Below, one piece after another: positions 26,101 through 41,500 of a stretch of DNA of 64,000 bases. The DNA lies in contig OX597833.1 of assembly GCA_951406725.2 (NCBI GenBank), forward strand, positions 38,502,001-38,566,000, in the 5' to 3' direction. The notes under the pieces are model-generated. The model saw only the letters and a program-made list of their open reading frames with translations. It was not told the DNA's origin and did no database searches. The stretch's first letter is position 1. The number at the start of each line of letters is the position of its first letter. A program made the translations under genes and the position numbers. Source of the stretch: Octopus vulgaris. Its lineage: Eukaryota.

Positions 26101-29100
26101 ACTAAGTATGCATTTGATCAACAATATGATGCATTAACTCCCACCACAACCACCAGCAACACATTAAAGTACAGCCACCTTTCACTCGCAAGTGAGTATG
26201 CCTTGGTCATATGTACCATACTTTTACAAATGCACATCATATAGTCACAAGCAGATGTAAACACCTTGGCATCTCTATACTTGATTCAAAGAACCATCTA
26301 AGACAGGGGTCCATAGTAATCATTTCAGGGACCATGAAAAAATTGTGTTTCAGACCAATAAAATTTATGAGCAATAAATTGGTTATACACCCACAATACA
26401 CAAAATATTTTAACAATTTTAATACAAGTCCTAATATTTTTTAATTATAAAAATAGGATTTTTTAAACATTGAATGGTTGTGGGGGTCTACCTAAGTAAA
26501 ATAGGAATCAAAGGGATCTATAGGTAAAATATGGTTGAGAACCCCTGATCTAAGATATGACAGTGGGAAGGAGAGAGGGTTGTAAACAGCAACTGATTGG
26601 TACTCATTCAGTGAACTGGAACAACATGAAATGTCTTGTTCAAGGTCATAATGTGTTGCCTAGTCTAGGAATAAAACAATTTTATGATCATAAAGTCAAA
26701 TGCCTTAACAAACATTAGGTCATGTGTCTTCACATTATCATTCTACAATAAAAAAGGAAATATGTTGGTAATACATCAATACGTATAAACATAAAGAACT
26801 AACAAGACTGGAGAATTGCTTACCCATTATATGCAATAATGTATCGAGTTAGCTCATGCCGGTCTGATTCATTGAAGTTTCCATAAAGGAAGAAGTGTTT
26901 GTCTGAAAAGAAGTCTGGCAGGATGGGCAATTCAGAATCTGAATCACTGTTTTTATCTTCATCAACATCTGTGGCAGCATCGAAAGCATCATCATCATCA
27001 TCACTGTTTCTGTTATTTTTGTCATGATCATTATCATCATCATCATCATCATCATCATCATTGCTGTTAATTTCCAAAGTATCTGCTGCATGGGAAATGA
27101 ATGAGGATGGTCCAGCATCAGATGAACTAGATGATTCTGACTGTATATTTGCAGCATTTTTGATCCTACAAAATAAACATTAAGAAAAACTGTTATTTAA
27201 CAAGTTTCAATGGATTGTGCCATTTTATGGAGGTCGGGGTGGATATTCTTTTCCACATGATAAGATCATAATGTATATACATCATTAGCATAGTGGATAT
27301 GAATGTTGTTACCCTTAGTTTAGAAATAAAGGTTTTCCAGTTCAAATCTAGACCAGAATAAGATGCATAATGTTGACCAGAAATCAAACTGATCAAAATG
27401 CAGTGCAAATGGTCTTTCGATTACTCTTTTACTCATTTTAGTCATTAACTGCAGCCATACTGGGCCACAGCCTTGAAAAATCTTTAGTCAAACAAATCAA
27501 CCCCAGTACATAGTTTTTTTAAAGCCTGGTACTTATTCTGCCAAACTGCTAAGTTACAGAGACATAAACACACCAACACTGGTTGTCAAGCAGGGGTGGG
27601 AGACAAACACAGATACACACACACATGTGTGTGAGTATATATACATATACAACCAGCTTCTTTCAGTTTCCATCTACCAAATCCACTCACAAGGCTTTAG
27701 TCGGCCCAAAGCCATATAATAGAAGACACTTGTCTAAGGTGCAACACAGTGGGACTGAACCCAAAAATCTTTAATCTCTAAAAGTGAGGTTCATACTGCA
27801 TTTACTTGTGTATAATAGCAAATCATGTACACTGTGTGTATATAATTATGAGCAATGAAATCCTGCTAAAAATATTATCTCAGATGTAACACACATTAAC
27901 TTTTCTTTAGAAAGAAAGGAGAAAAGAGTGTTTAGTAAGATTTATTGTAATGCTGGAAAGGCTGAATAAAAAATAAATTGAACTTTAGCAATATTAGCAG
28001 TAAAGCTGTCATTATGAAAATCACAGGACCATGTCTTTTGATAAGAAAAAATACATATTCATCATTTCATTTTAATGTCACCTTTTCCATGCTTGCATGG
28101 GTTGGACATAGTTTACTGAGGCATATTTTCTACAGCTGGATGCCCTTCATGTCTGCAAGCAAGGTAATATCTCCCCATGGCCAAGCATATTCTAATAGAA
28201 TATTGGAAACGAATGACACTGCTTGTATCACAGTGACACTCCTTTACAACTAAACAAGGTAACACAAACATACATATATAAGATGGATTTCTTTCAGTTC
28301 TTGTCTTCCAAATCCACTCACAAGGCTTTGGTCAACCAAGGGATATAGTAGAAGACACTTGCCTGAGATGATATTCACTGGGACTGAATCTGGAACCAGG
28401 TGGTTGGAATGTGAACTTCTTACCACAAAGCCATGCTTGGTTTGAAATTGTGGCACAAGGGCAGCAATTTGGGGAGGAGATAAGTCAATTATATCAACCC
28501 TTGGTGTTCAACAGGTACTTCTTTAATCAACCCCAAAGGAATGAATGGCAAAGTTGACCTCAGCAGAATTTAAACTCAGAACATCAAGGCAGAAGAAATG
28601 CTGCTAAGCATTTTGGCCCAGTGTACTAATGGTTCAGCCAGTTCACCACTGTCATGCTTACATATATTATTATGCATGAATGAATACAACAGGCAAAAAT
28701 GTTCAATTATATTAATAAGAACTCATCTCATATTCAGACATTTATTTTCTTTCTACCATAATTCAATAGTTATTAGTGCTGAACTGTTGCCCACATGGTC
28801 ATGAGTTTGAACCTTGCTGACACTTACTGTTTTATACCTCTGAGCAATGCACAAGACTCAGTTTGCCCCAGTGTGTCTCACTAACAAACCAGTTCCACTC
28901 ACACTTAATCCATAATATTTGTCAATGAGAAAACTGATAAACCAATGTTTTGGAACAAAACTAAGTTGAGGAATTTCTTCTACCCAATTTACACAGATGA
29001 TTACTGTTGCTATCATAAGTGCAGTGAACCAGTGATTGTTCTGTTGGAAAGCAGTAATCAATGACATTGGTAATATAAATACGTTCCACATCTAGGCACA

Positions 29101-31946
29101 GGCATGACTGTCCAGTAAGAAGCTTGCTTCTCAACCATGTGGCCTTGGGTTCAATCCCACAGTGTGGCATCTTGGACAAGTGTCTTCCACTACAGCCCTT
29201 GGCCAAACCAATGCCTTATGAGTGGATTTGGTAGATGGAAAGTGAAAGAAGTCCATCATTTATATATATATGTGTGTGTGTGTGTGTTTGTCCCCCACTA
29301 CTGCTTGACAACCAATGTTAGTTTATGTTCCCAGAACCAGGCGGTTTGACAAAAAGAGTACCAAACTTAAAAATAAGTAAAGGAGTCAATTTGCTTGACT
29401 AAACTCCTCAGGGCAGTGCCGGAAGACTGAAAGAAATAAAAAAACCTTCAGGGCAGTGTCTGAAGACTGAAATAAAAAAAAAAAAAAGAGATAAAAGAAG
29501 ATATTGTCTAACTAGACTGAGGAGGTGGGGCTTGAACTTCAGCATACTGGGCCTTAATGTATAGGTAAATTTATTGCAAGCTTTGAGAAAAGATATGCTG
29601 TGATATTAACTGTACATTCACATATACAGTGTTTCAAATTTGTTCCAACTTCATTATTTTTTTAGCAACTATTTTTAAATGTTTGTATTGGGATAATTTA
29701 TTTGCTGAAGCAATGTTTATACAGCTGGATGGTGTCCTTCCTTCCTCTAACCATGAAATTCCAAGAACCTCATTATTATCCGGTGATGTAAAACAGAATA
29801 AGCAAAGTTATATACTCAGTTGAGGGCCACAACAGAATGGCTGTAGTAAGATCTGAACTTACAACCATGTGGTTAGCTGTCCAGCACCTTTACCTCACAG
29901 CCAATGAAGGCATATACATAAAAATAGAAAGAAAATCGAGAAGCGATACTCCATTATCAATCAAAGAGTACTTGAAAAAGATATGGGTTCTGTCTCTTGC
30001 TCCAGTTCCTTGTTGAATCATCAAAGAAAAAGAAACAAACTACAAAAGCAACAAAACTTATATGTTTCAATACAATCTTTCATATTATTCATGTTAGCAA
30101 CTACCACCACCACCACCACCACTCTCTTCTGTACAGTTTCTATGGTAACAAGATGTGGCACATAAGTCCTGTCCAACCAACACGGATATCCTGTTGGACA
30201 TCAGTCAAGATGGATACAAAATAGGGCAGTAGCATTTTACCATCCACATACACTAAAACATATATTCATACATCTAAAGTTAGCAAAACGACTCTCTTGG
30301 CACTGTTACCATGGTAACAATAGCAATGCAATACACGTATTCGACCCATGGCAGCACCAAACATTCTCACAGATCTTAACATCTATTACTACTACTACTA
30401 CTACTACTACTACAAATACTGCTGCCACCGCCACCACTGCTCTTGCAACTAGTAGTTACCTTCTGACTTCATCATCTGTGTCTTCTTCAGATACTACGCC
30501 TTCTTCTTCATCAGTGGACTCTCGGTCTGAAGATAGAATAAACAATAAACATGTTTACATAACATTTCACACACATGACTGTTGCTATAGTAACAAAGAA
30601 GGAAGCAACAGAAATATTACCATCATCATCATCATCATCATCATCAACCACAAAAACGAAAATATCAACATCACAATATGCTCACAATGACACAACACAG
30701 CCCACACTTACACAACTCCACCTCCCCTCATACAATACAGCTCTCACACCACACACTCAGCCCATCCCATACTCACACAATATTGCCCACATTCACACAA
30801 CACACCTCACACTCACACAACACAGCACAGCCCACACTTACACAATACAACTCATGTTCACATAGCTCACTCAATACACCCCACACTCACACAGCACACC
30901 CCACACCCACACAACACATCCTACACTCACATAGAATCCCACACCCCACACTCATACAATATATCCTACATACCCTCCATGGATGGTAAATATTCAGGAT
31001 CACTTTTACTCTTTGACAATCTCGACTGTTGTGAATAGTCTTCCTCTTCATCGATCACCTGGGTTTGCTGCTCCTCCTCTTCCTCCTCCTCCTCCTCCTC
31101 ATCCTTTTTCTCTTTCTCTTTTTTCTGCTTTTTCCCTTCATCCTTCACTTGCACTTTGTCTGCTTTTTCATCCTCCTCTTCTTCGTCTTCCAGTTGGTAT
31201 CTGGAAAAGAAGAACAGTATCCTCATTAATATGTATGTGTGTGTAGGTGTATGTGTAAGGATATCTATATATATATATATCATCATCATCATTTAACGTC
31301 CGTTTCCATGCTAGCATGGGTTGGACGATTTGACTGAGGACTGGTGAACCAGATGGCTGCACCAGGCTCCAGTCTGATTTGGCAGAGTTTCTACAGCTGG
31401 ATGCCCTTCCTAACGCCAACCACTCTGAGAGTGTAGTGGGTGCTTTTACATGCCACCAGCATGAGGGCCAGTCAGGTGGTGCTGGCAATGGCCATGCTCA
31501 AATTGTGTTTTTTATGTGCCACCTGCACAGGAGCCAGACCAGTAGCACTGGCAATGACCTCGCTCAAATGTTTTTTCACGTGCCACCGGTACAAGTGCCA
31601 GTAAGGTGACGCTGGTAACGATCACGCTCGAATGGTGCTTTTTACATGCCACCGGCAAGGAATCCAGTCAGCTGCTCTGACAACGATCATGCTCAGATGG
31701 TGCTCTTAGCGCTCAACTAGCACAGATGCCAGTCATCGAATTTGATTTTGACTTTACTTGCCTCAACGGGTCTTCATAAGCAGAGTTTAGTGTCCAATGA
31801 AGGAAAGGTATGCATAAGTGGGCTGGTTACACCCCTGGCATAAGCCACAGGTTAAGGTCTCACTTGGCTTGCCAGGTCTTCTCAAGCACAGCATATATCC
31901 AAAGGTCTTGGCCACTAGTCATTGCCTTGGTGAGGCCTAATGTTCG

Positions 31947-31989
<43 letters not shown>

Positions 31990-34415
31990 TATGTGTGTGT
32001 AGGTTTCGTGATACAAACAGGAAAATAGAAATCAAAACATGAGTATATACATAATTTTTATTAATAATATGCAGAAGATGCAGAGTGACTCAAGGGATAA
32101 GAAATTTGCACAAAACTCTTTCTGCCAATTATTAATATAAAAAAAAAAAAGTACATACAGGCTCAGGAGTGTGGTAAGAAGGATGCTTCCTAACCACATG
32201 GCTCTGGGTTCAATCCCACTGTGTGGCACATTCAGCAAGTGTCTTTTACTATAGACTTGTTATTATATCCATTTTGTTCTCCTATATAACCTTAAACTGA
32301 ATCACCTGCTACCGTACAACTTTACAAAAGACTGTACCTACCCAGGTAATAACTAGGAGCGACTTTGCATTTAATTATCCCTTAGAGGTTTTAAACCCCT
32401 CTAATTGATTCCTACACTATATATATATTTTTATTAATATTTAGCAGAAGTAACAGGTTAACTTAAGGTCCAAGAGTTTTGTACATTGGCACTTATCAAA
32501 TATATAATCCACATGAGAAACAAGAGCTGATGACAAGAAGGACATCCAGCCATAAAGTTTTACCTTAATAAATCTATATCCAACTCATGCCAGCATAGAA
32601 AAGTGATATATACCACCACATTTAGTAAAGTGAGTATAAACAGAGAAGAAAATTAATTGATTAAAATCAAAGCCTATGTGATGAACAATAATTATGTTAA
32701 TAAACTCTGGTTAAAAAAGGCAGGGGAAACAACCACTGGAATTTGAATAAAGATAAATTGAAACAGAATGCAATGAGGAAGGATGCTGATCTTTGGTAGC
32801 ACAATAACATTGCTGTAGAGGGCAGTAAATGTAGCCCCATGTGATGGTCACAACAAGAATGTATTTGATTATAAATCTGCTTCATCAGAATTCAACTAGG
32901 ACTAAACAACAACAACAAAAGCAACCAAGTAGAAAAGTCAACAGCATACCTAACCACACTCAAGCTATAAAAAGAGAGAAAGCTGTCCTCTTGCCAGATC
33001 AGTAAAAACTTTACTGAAACAATACTTACTTCCTCCAAGGTAGGAGTGTTCTTTGTTTGTGACAATCCAACACCCATTGTTTTGTAACTATTCTGCCTTG
33101 TCCCTTGACCATGTTATACTTTGGTGTATTAGCAAATGCACACCTGGAAAGAAAAAAGATGGAGAACTACATATAAAACATTCTTTGACTGTTTCAGGAT
33201 TTCTGAGGCCAGTTCGGATCAATCAGATCTATGCCACAACACTCACTAGTCTAAAAGATAATATACGAACTCACTTGTTTAAAATGTTTAACCGTTTTTT
33301 TTAATAAGTGTATTGTATCCTGGTATATTGTAAAAAGCAGCTAATGGGGTTGGCATTAGAAAGGCATCCAACTGTAAAATATTGGTTTCAGCAGTTTTGA
33401 GATAGGAGGTAAGTTGATTACATTGCCCCCAATATTCAACAGGTACTTATTTTATTGACCCTGAAAGGATGAAAGACAAAGTAGACCATGGCAGAATTTG
33501 AACTCAGAACACAAGGATGGATGAAATGCCACTAAGCATTTTACCTAGCATTCTAATGGTCCTGCCAGCTCACCACCTCAAATCCAACCATCAAATATTG
33601 CTTCCAAAGGTTTTGTCCAATCTATGATAGCATGGAAAATTGGACGTAAAAACAATTATGATGAAGACTTGTCTAAAATGTAAGATACACATGTATTTAT
33701 CTAAACATTTAGGAGACCTATTGAGTCAAGTACATCAACATCAAAGTCAAATCAAACCACAATCAAATGGAAATTGTAGTTGTGGCTGATGCCAGCACCG
33801 CCTGTCTGGCTCCCTGTGATGGTGGCACATAAAAAGCACTATCCATACATGGTCGATGCCAGCCTCTTTGCCCTGACTGGCTCCTGTGCCAGTGGCACTT
33901 GAAAAGCACCATCCGAACGTGGCTGATGTCAGCGCCGCCTTCACTAGCTCCCATGCCAGTGGCACTTAAAAGCACCATCGAAATGTGGTCGATGCCAGCC
34001 CCCTCTGGCTCCCATGCCGGTGGCACATAAAAGCACCATCAAAACGTGGGCCAACGGTGGCATGTAAAAAGCACCCACTACATGCTCAGAGTGGTTGGCG
34101 TTAGGAAGGGCATCTTTCGGAGAGGCACTGAGCACCTACATGCACACATATACATACGGCAGTAACTTCCGCCTACCGAATTCAATCACAAAGCTTCAGT
34201 CGGCTCGGGGCTATAGTAGAAGACACCTGCCCAAATTTCCACGCAGTGGGACTGAACCCAAAACCATGTAGCTAGGAAGCAAGCTCCCTAACCACACAGC
34301 CATCCAGCTGTAGACAACACTGCCAGATCAGATTGGAGCCTGTGCAGCTTCCTGGCTTCCCAGACCCCCAGTTGAATTATCCAACCCATGCTAGCATGGA
34401 AAATGGATGTTAAAC

Positions 34416-34451
<36 letters not shown>

Positions 34452-37400
34452 GGTGGCAAGCAGGCAGAAATGATAGCATACTGGGCAAAATGTTTAATGG
34501 CATTTTGTCCATCTGCACATTTTGAGTCCAAATTCCACTGAGGTTGACTTTGCCTTTCATCATTTGGTGGTCAATAAAATAAGTACCAGTTGTGTACTGG
34601 AGTTGATGTAACCAATTGAACTTCTCCCTCAAAACTACTGGCCTTGTGCCAAAATTTGAAATCAATATACACTCTTACTTCCCTGTTATCTTTTGTTTCA
34701 GGCATTAGACTGCGGCCATGCTGGGGCACCACCTTGAAGAATTTTTAGTCAAATGAATTGACCCCAGTACATATTGTTTTAAGCCTAGTACTTATTCTAT
34801 CAGTCGCTTTTGCCGAACTGCTAAATTATGGGGATGTAAACACACCAACTCTGGCTGTCTTGTAGTGGTGGGGGACAAACACAAACACACACACAAAACA
34901 CATATATGACAAGCTTCTTTCAGTTTCTGTCTACAAATCCACTCAAAGGCTTTGGTTGGCCCAAGGCTTATAGAACACTTGTCCAAGGTGCCATGCAGTG
35001 GGACTGAACCTGGAACCATGGGGTTGGGAAGCATGCTTCTTACCACACAGCCATGCTCGTGTTTTAAAGGTAATTTAATATACACATTCACATTTTCCAT
35101 CATTTATGTCAGATCTTAAAATTTGAAAGTATTTCTTTTTATGATAAAACTAGAAGTTGTTTACAGCAGAATTTGAACTCAGTGACTTGATGTTACCAGA
35201 CATATAACAAACTGTCTATTTTATTACCTCAGCAGCTAAGTTTAGCAAATTCTTTGCTTTCATATGGCAACCAGATTCCTTGATCGAAATAACATTTCAA
35301 GAGTTACTCTGAAACAATGTGTCCTAGAATCAGCTTCTCTCTTAACCAAGTTTTTTAACTTCTTCCCTCCTTTACCACTACAAGGAATCATCAATCAAGC
35401 ACTCCCATGGGTACAGACACTTCTCGTTCCAATATTATTTTATCACTCATGTTTCAATATCACTATGGCGAATAAGATGGTGAGCTGATAGAATCATTGG
35501 GATGCTGGGCAAAATGCTTCATGGCACTTTGTCCATCTTTATGGTCTGAGTTGAAATTCTTCCAAAGTTGACTTTGCCTTTCATCTTTTTGGGATTGATA
35601 AAATAAGCACCAGTTGAGCACTGGGGTTGATGCAATTGACTTACCCCATCCCTTGAAATTGCTGGCTTTGTGCCAAAATCTGAAACCAATATACTAAGGT
35701 GAATAAGGTGGCGAGCTGGTTTTTCATCCCTCCTTACATTCTGAGTTCAAATTCCACTGAAGTCAATTTTGCTTTTTGTCCTTTTGGGGTAAAAGAAAAT
35801 ATGTACCAGTTAAGCACTGGGGTTGATGAAATCGACTATCTTCATCCCACCAAATTTCAGGCCTTGTACCCATAGCAGAAAGGAATATTGCTGGGGCAAA
35901 CAAGGCAGCAAGCTGGTAGAATTGTTACAGTGCTGGGCAAAATGTTTAATAGCATTTTGCTTGTCTTTACATTCTGAGTTCAAACTCTGCTGAAGTCAAT
36001 TTTGCCTTTCATCCTTTCGGGGTAGATAAAATAAGCACCCGTTAAACACTGGGGATGATGCGATTGATTTAACCCCTGGCCTTGTGCCAAAATTTGAAAC
36101 CAATTACTAGAGTGAATCATGAATAATTATCTTTACTAAAACCTTGAATCACTTTCTCAATAAACCTCAGATTTGTTTCTAAAAGCCAAAGATGCATTGG
36201 CCATGTACACAGTCTGTAAAATAAATAGTTTCTAGCTTTAGGAAAGTCACAACAAATTCAAATGTATTCTCAAACCACTGATAAAGTAGATGCAAACTTC
36301 CTGGAAAAAAAAAACAATCCAACTTTCTAATGATTTAGTGTCAGAATTAAAAACTTCATTTTCAAGTAACCTGGTGAGTTCATCTCTCTACAATATGCAC
36401 ACACAGGGAGAGATAAAATCTAACAAAACATACATAAATCTGATAGCTGCAGCTGTTTACATCTGTGAGTTGTTTGTACTTTATGGTATATGTTTATAGC
36501 CAGGCAGACTGGGTCAGTGGAAAATTATGTTGGCCATGGACACGATGCAGTAATGGTGATGAAACATGAGTCACTGATTTCTCAGCTAGTAAAAGTACAG
36601 TATTATTAAAGGACTGTATAAAGCATCAACTAAAACCAAGGCAAACATAGGTTTCACCTCTAATCCATTTAAACTCCATTTCAACCAAGTACAGACATTT
36701 CAAAACACACATACAAAAAATAACACTTCTCTTCATAGATACATCTGGGACTTGAAAACTAAAAATAAATAGTATGATTTAAAACAGAACATTTTATCTG
36801 AAGTAAAATCATATTCTGGAAACAAAAAAATATGCCCACAGGCATATGGCATAGTGGTTAAGAGCGCGGGCTACTAACCCCAAGATTCCGAGTTCGATTC
36901 CAGGCACTGACCTGAATGAATGTGATGATGATGATGATAACAACAACAACATCGAAATAAGGAACGAGAACCCAAGTTTGAAATTTCCCCATATCAGCCT
37001 TCAAAACTTTCAGATAGGGACCACTGGACTCTTACTTGAATTCTTAGAAAGAATCACAAAAGTACAGTGCCCAAAATTACTGCAGAGCTTAATGACCACC
37101 TTGAGAACCCAGTTTCCACAAAAACGGGAGCTGCACAAAGCCAGATATCAATAGGAGGGCTGCAACCAGAAAACCACTACTTTCAAAAACAAACATTGCA
37201 AAGCTTTTAGAGTGGAGTAAAATCCTACAGAATTGGTCCATAGAGCAGGGAAAGAAGGTTATTTTCTCGGACGAGTCATTCTTTACCTTATTTCCGACCA
37301 CCAGCTGAGTATACATGTGGAGACAGCCAAAAGAAGCATTTGACTCAGACTGCCTTCTTCCAACAGTTAAACCTGGAGGAGGATTTGTGATGATTAGGGG

Positions 37401-38497
37401 GGATGGGGGAGGGGCGCTATATCTTGGAAATCTGCCAGCCCAACGGTTTCCCTTCATGGCAGAATTAATAGTCAAGACTAGTTAAGTACTTTATCTGATC
37501 AAATCCATCCTATGGTTGCAGAACTGTTTCTGGGGAAAAACGCAATCTTTCAGGATGATAATGCACCAATTCACATAGCTTAAGTTGTTACTGAATGATT
37601 AATAAGAACATTCTTGTAAAGTTGAACATCTTATCTGGTCACCACAGTAGCCAGATCTCAATATTATTGAACATTTATGGTAGAAAAACAAGTAAGGAGT
37701 TGATATCCTCCACCATCATCACTACAAGAACTGGAGAATGTTTTAGCTGAAGAATGGACAAAAATTCTTTTGGAAAAACTTTGTACGAGTCCATACCTCG
37801 TAGAATTCAAGCTGTAATTACTGCCAAATGCAGTCCAACCCCATATTCAAATAAATTTGTTTGAAATTTTAAGGTGTTTCCATTATTTTGTCCAACCCCT
37901 ATCAACCACCTCACCAACAACAACACTGAACACCTTTTTGATCTCCATGTGTCTAACACACGTGGACATGCCTACAAAGTCAGAAAACAACACAGCTCCC
38001 ATGACTTTCGGAAACATTTTTTCACGCTCAGAGTTGCTGAAGCATGGAATAAACTGCCTGCGTCAGTTGTTGACTGCCATGACACTGCATCCTTTAAGGC
38101 CCTCATGCTTTCCGAAATCCGCCGAAACTACACCTGATTATATATACACTTTAGATGAGTTGTAGTGCACCTGAGCACTGTACACAATTGTTGTTATTAT
38201 TATTATTATATATCTATATCTATATATATATATACATATATATGTATACATATATATGTATATATATATATGTATATAAAGTTAATCCAAACATGAAAAC
38301 ATCAAGAGAAAACACAACAATGCGAGGACGTGGAACAAATATAGTATTATTGGACGCTCAGGAAGGAAGGGAAGAAGGAGGGTTTTACGTTTCGAGTGGA
38401 GCTCTTCGTCAGAAACATAGGAAAAGGAAAGATCTAGAGAAGGGAAGACGGAGGAAAAAAAACCGGCAACGGTACACACACGGTCACATTTTGAATG

Positions 38498-38565
<68 letters not shown>

Positions 38566-41500
38566 CATACATACATATGTGTGTGTGTGCGTGTCCTAAA
38601 AAAAAACAAAAAATAAAAATAAAACCTTACACCAAATGAGTGCAGTCACTGCTCCAATCTGGTCGATATTTTGCCCCCATTTCTCTGGCTTTGTCTCGTA
38701 AATCAGCACGGAATGGGTTCTGGAAACCACTGAGTACAAATACCACATTATCCATGAGCTTGCTGAATGGTTTGTTCGACTTTGATATGGCAGCTAGATA
38801 ATACATGAAACAAGAGACTGAATGAGGAATAGAAAATGGTCCTCTGAGAGGAGGAATCATACAATTAATTGTAATGACAATTTTAATAGGAAAGATCTCA
38901 GATGTTTAGACCACAGACCACAAGTGTTTAAACCACTGATGCCAGACATTTAGGTTTCTGACTGCCAATGTTCAGCACTCTCACTAAGTATTTAACCCTC
39001 TAACCATTGATTTTGAAACTATAACAGAGTTCCTAGTGACGTGTCTTTAGGCAACCAACTAATCAAAAATACTTTTGCACCTTTCACCTTTGGTTTCCCA
39101 AAACACCAAACAATGTGCCTTCACACCTGCTAGAAATAGATGCGAAACATCTCTCATATCACACCATTCCATTTCTAAAAAATATTAGATAATGCTGTCT
39201 TTAACACTTTTGTTACCAACCCGGCTGAAATTGGCTCTGGCTCTGTAGTACAAATGTTTTGTTTTCATAAGTTTTGAATTAAAATCTTCCACCAAACTTT
39301 AGTCACAATTTATGTTCCTAACAATAGTTTAATGATAACTAAGTTATTTTACAAAATTCTTTGTAATATTTAAAATAATTGAAAGAAACACAGAGCATCT
39401 CAAAATAAATACAGTAATGAAAGAGTTAATACATTGTCTGAGAAAGAACAAAAGAGAAAAACTGAAATGGTCATGACTGGAACGTTCATGATCAGAGTTT
39501 ACCAAGGGCTAAAGTACTACAACAAAGATGATGTGGTTGATGACATTAAAAATGAAGGTTATACTTTCCTGCAATATATAAAGAAATATTTAGTCCATCT
39601 ACTGTCATCATTTAATATCTATTTTTCCATGCTCGCATGGGTTAGATGAGTTTGTCTGAAGCAGATTTTCCATGGCTGGATGCTAACCCTCACTTGTTTC
39701 CACGAAAGGTGATATTTCTCCATAGCCAGTCATGTCCTCACAGAATATCGTAAATGAATAACATTGCTTGTATGACCGACATTCATTTACAACTACCTCA
39801 TGATGTCAGTTCCTGTCCACTAAATCTACTCACATGGCTTTGGTTGGTCCAGGGTTATATTAAAAAATGCTTGCCCAAGGTGCCACACTGGGATTAAACC
39901 CCAGAACCATATGTGCACCTTTCACATAAAATATTTAATTTGTGAAAATCCACCATGCAGGACAAACAGTTACATAACAAGTCAATTACAAAGCTTCAAT
40001 GTAGTTGTCTAATCTGCTGAAATAGCAGCTAAATCTTCCTAAAATGGACACTACTGTCATTAAAAAAGTTCTAGACGGTGCAGTCATAGCTGTGGGGTAA
40101 GAAGTTTGCTTCCTAACCACATGGCTCCAGGTTCAGTCCCAATGCATGGCACCTTGGGCAAGTGCCTTCTACTATAGCCTCAGGCCAACAAAACATTGTG
40201 AGTGGACTTGGTAGATGGAAACTGAAAGAAGCCTGTCATGTATATATATACGTGTGTGTTCGTGTGCATGTATGTGTGTGTTTGTGTGCATGTATGTGTG
40301 TATTTGTCCTCCACCACCACCACCACCACCACTTGACAACAGGTGTTGGTGTGAATACGTCCCTGTAACTCAGCAGTTTGGCAAAAGAGGCCAATAGAAT
40401 AAGTACCAGGCTTTACAAATAATAATAAGCACTAGGGGCAGGGGTTGACTTGTTCAAGGTCGTGCCCCAGCATGGCCACTGTCTAATGATTGAAACAAGT
40501 AAAAGAAAAGATAAAAAGATACATCGCCTAAAGGGAAAAAAAGACAACTTAGTTGCGGCTAAAATGTTTTACACCATAAAACAGTTTGATCACAATGAGC
40601 TTGAAGCTAACCAACAAGAACAACACCAACATCATGAAGAGCACCTAAAAAAGGTTTTAAAAACTGAAGCCCACAACTCACCTTTAGATGTAGTGGTTTC
40701 TGATTTGTGATGGCTATTTTTGTGGCTATTATTACTACTACTACTACTACTAGGAGTAGATTTGACATCGTCCCTCGATGAAGAATTAGATTTCTTTTCT
40801 TTCTTTATAATGTCTGCTTGTTTTTCTTTTCTGGAATCTTCCTTCTGATGGGTTGGTCTGTCGTTTTGTGGCATGTGGCTCCGATGACTGTCTCCATTCT
40901 TTGACTTGCTCTTCTTCACCTCCAGGACGTCTTCATCATCACTGACATTATGCTTGCGTTTCTTTTTCACCTAAACATTGGTTTAGAATTGAAGAGAAGC
41001 AGAAGCAAAAGAAGTGGAATGACCAATATAAAACACAGTAGATCATCATCATCTGCAACCTCATCATCATTGTTTTAATATTCACTTTTCCACTTGCATG
41101 AGTTGCAATTTGTTGAGGTGGATCTTCCATAGCTGGATGCCCTTCCTGTTGCCAACCCTCACCTGTTTCCAAGCAAGGCAATATTTCTTCATGACCAGGC
41201 ATGTTTCCATGAAATATTGAAAATGAAGGGCACCATTTGCATGACAGTGACATTCATTTACACAACTATTACATGAAATTAAATAACACACACACCATGA
41301 GCTTCTTTCAGTTTCCATCTACCAAATCCACTTGCAAGACTTTGGTACACCCAGGGTTACTGTAGAAGACACTTGCCCAAGGTGTCGAGTAGTGGAACTG
41401 ATCCTGTGTCTGCTATACTTGAGAAACAACAGATTCCTGTTTCAAGTCTTACCAGTCATTCTGTTGTAATGATGACAACGACAAGGATGTTGGGGGTGGT

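Noticed and set aside
33780-34080. CRISPR-like repeat/spacer appearance (gtggcac.taaaaagcaccat every ~65 bp)
   Set aside because: The spacers are homologous to each other, the array lies within an RTE 3' UTR present in many copies, the context is eukaryotic and there are no cas genes
36841-36910. tRNA gene
   Set aside because: A and B boxes are present but there is no acceptor stem; it continues into a SINE body
37089-37475. 128-aa minus-strand ORF
   Set aside because: No recognisable domain or splice signals; sits among transposon fragments
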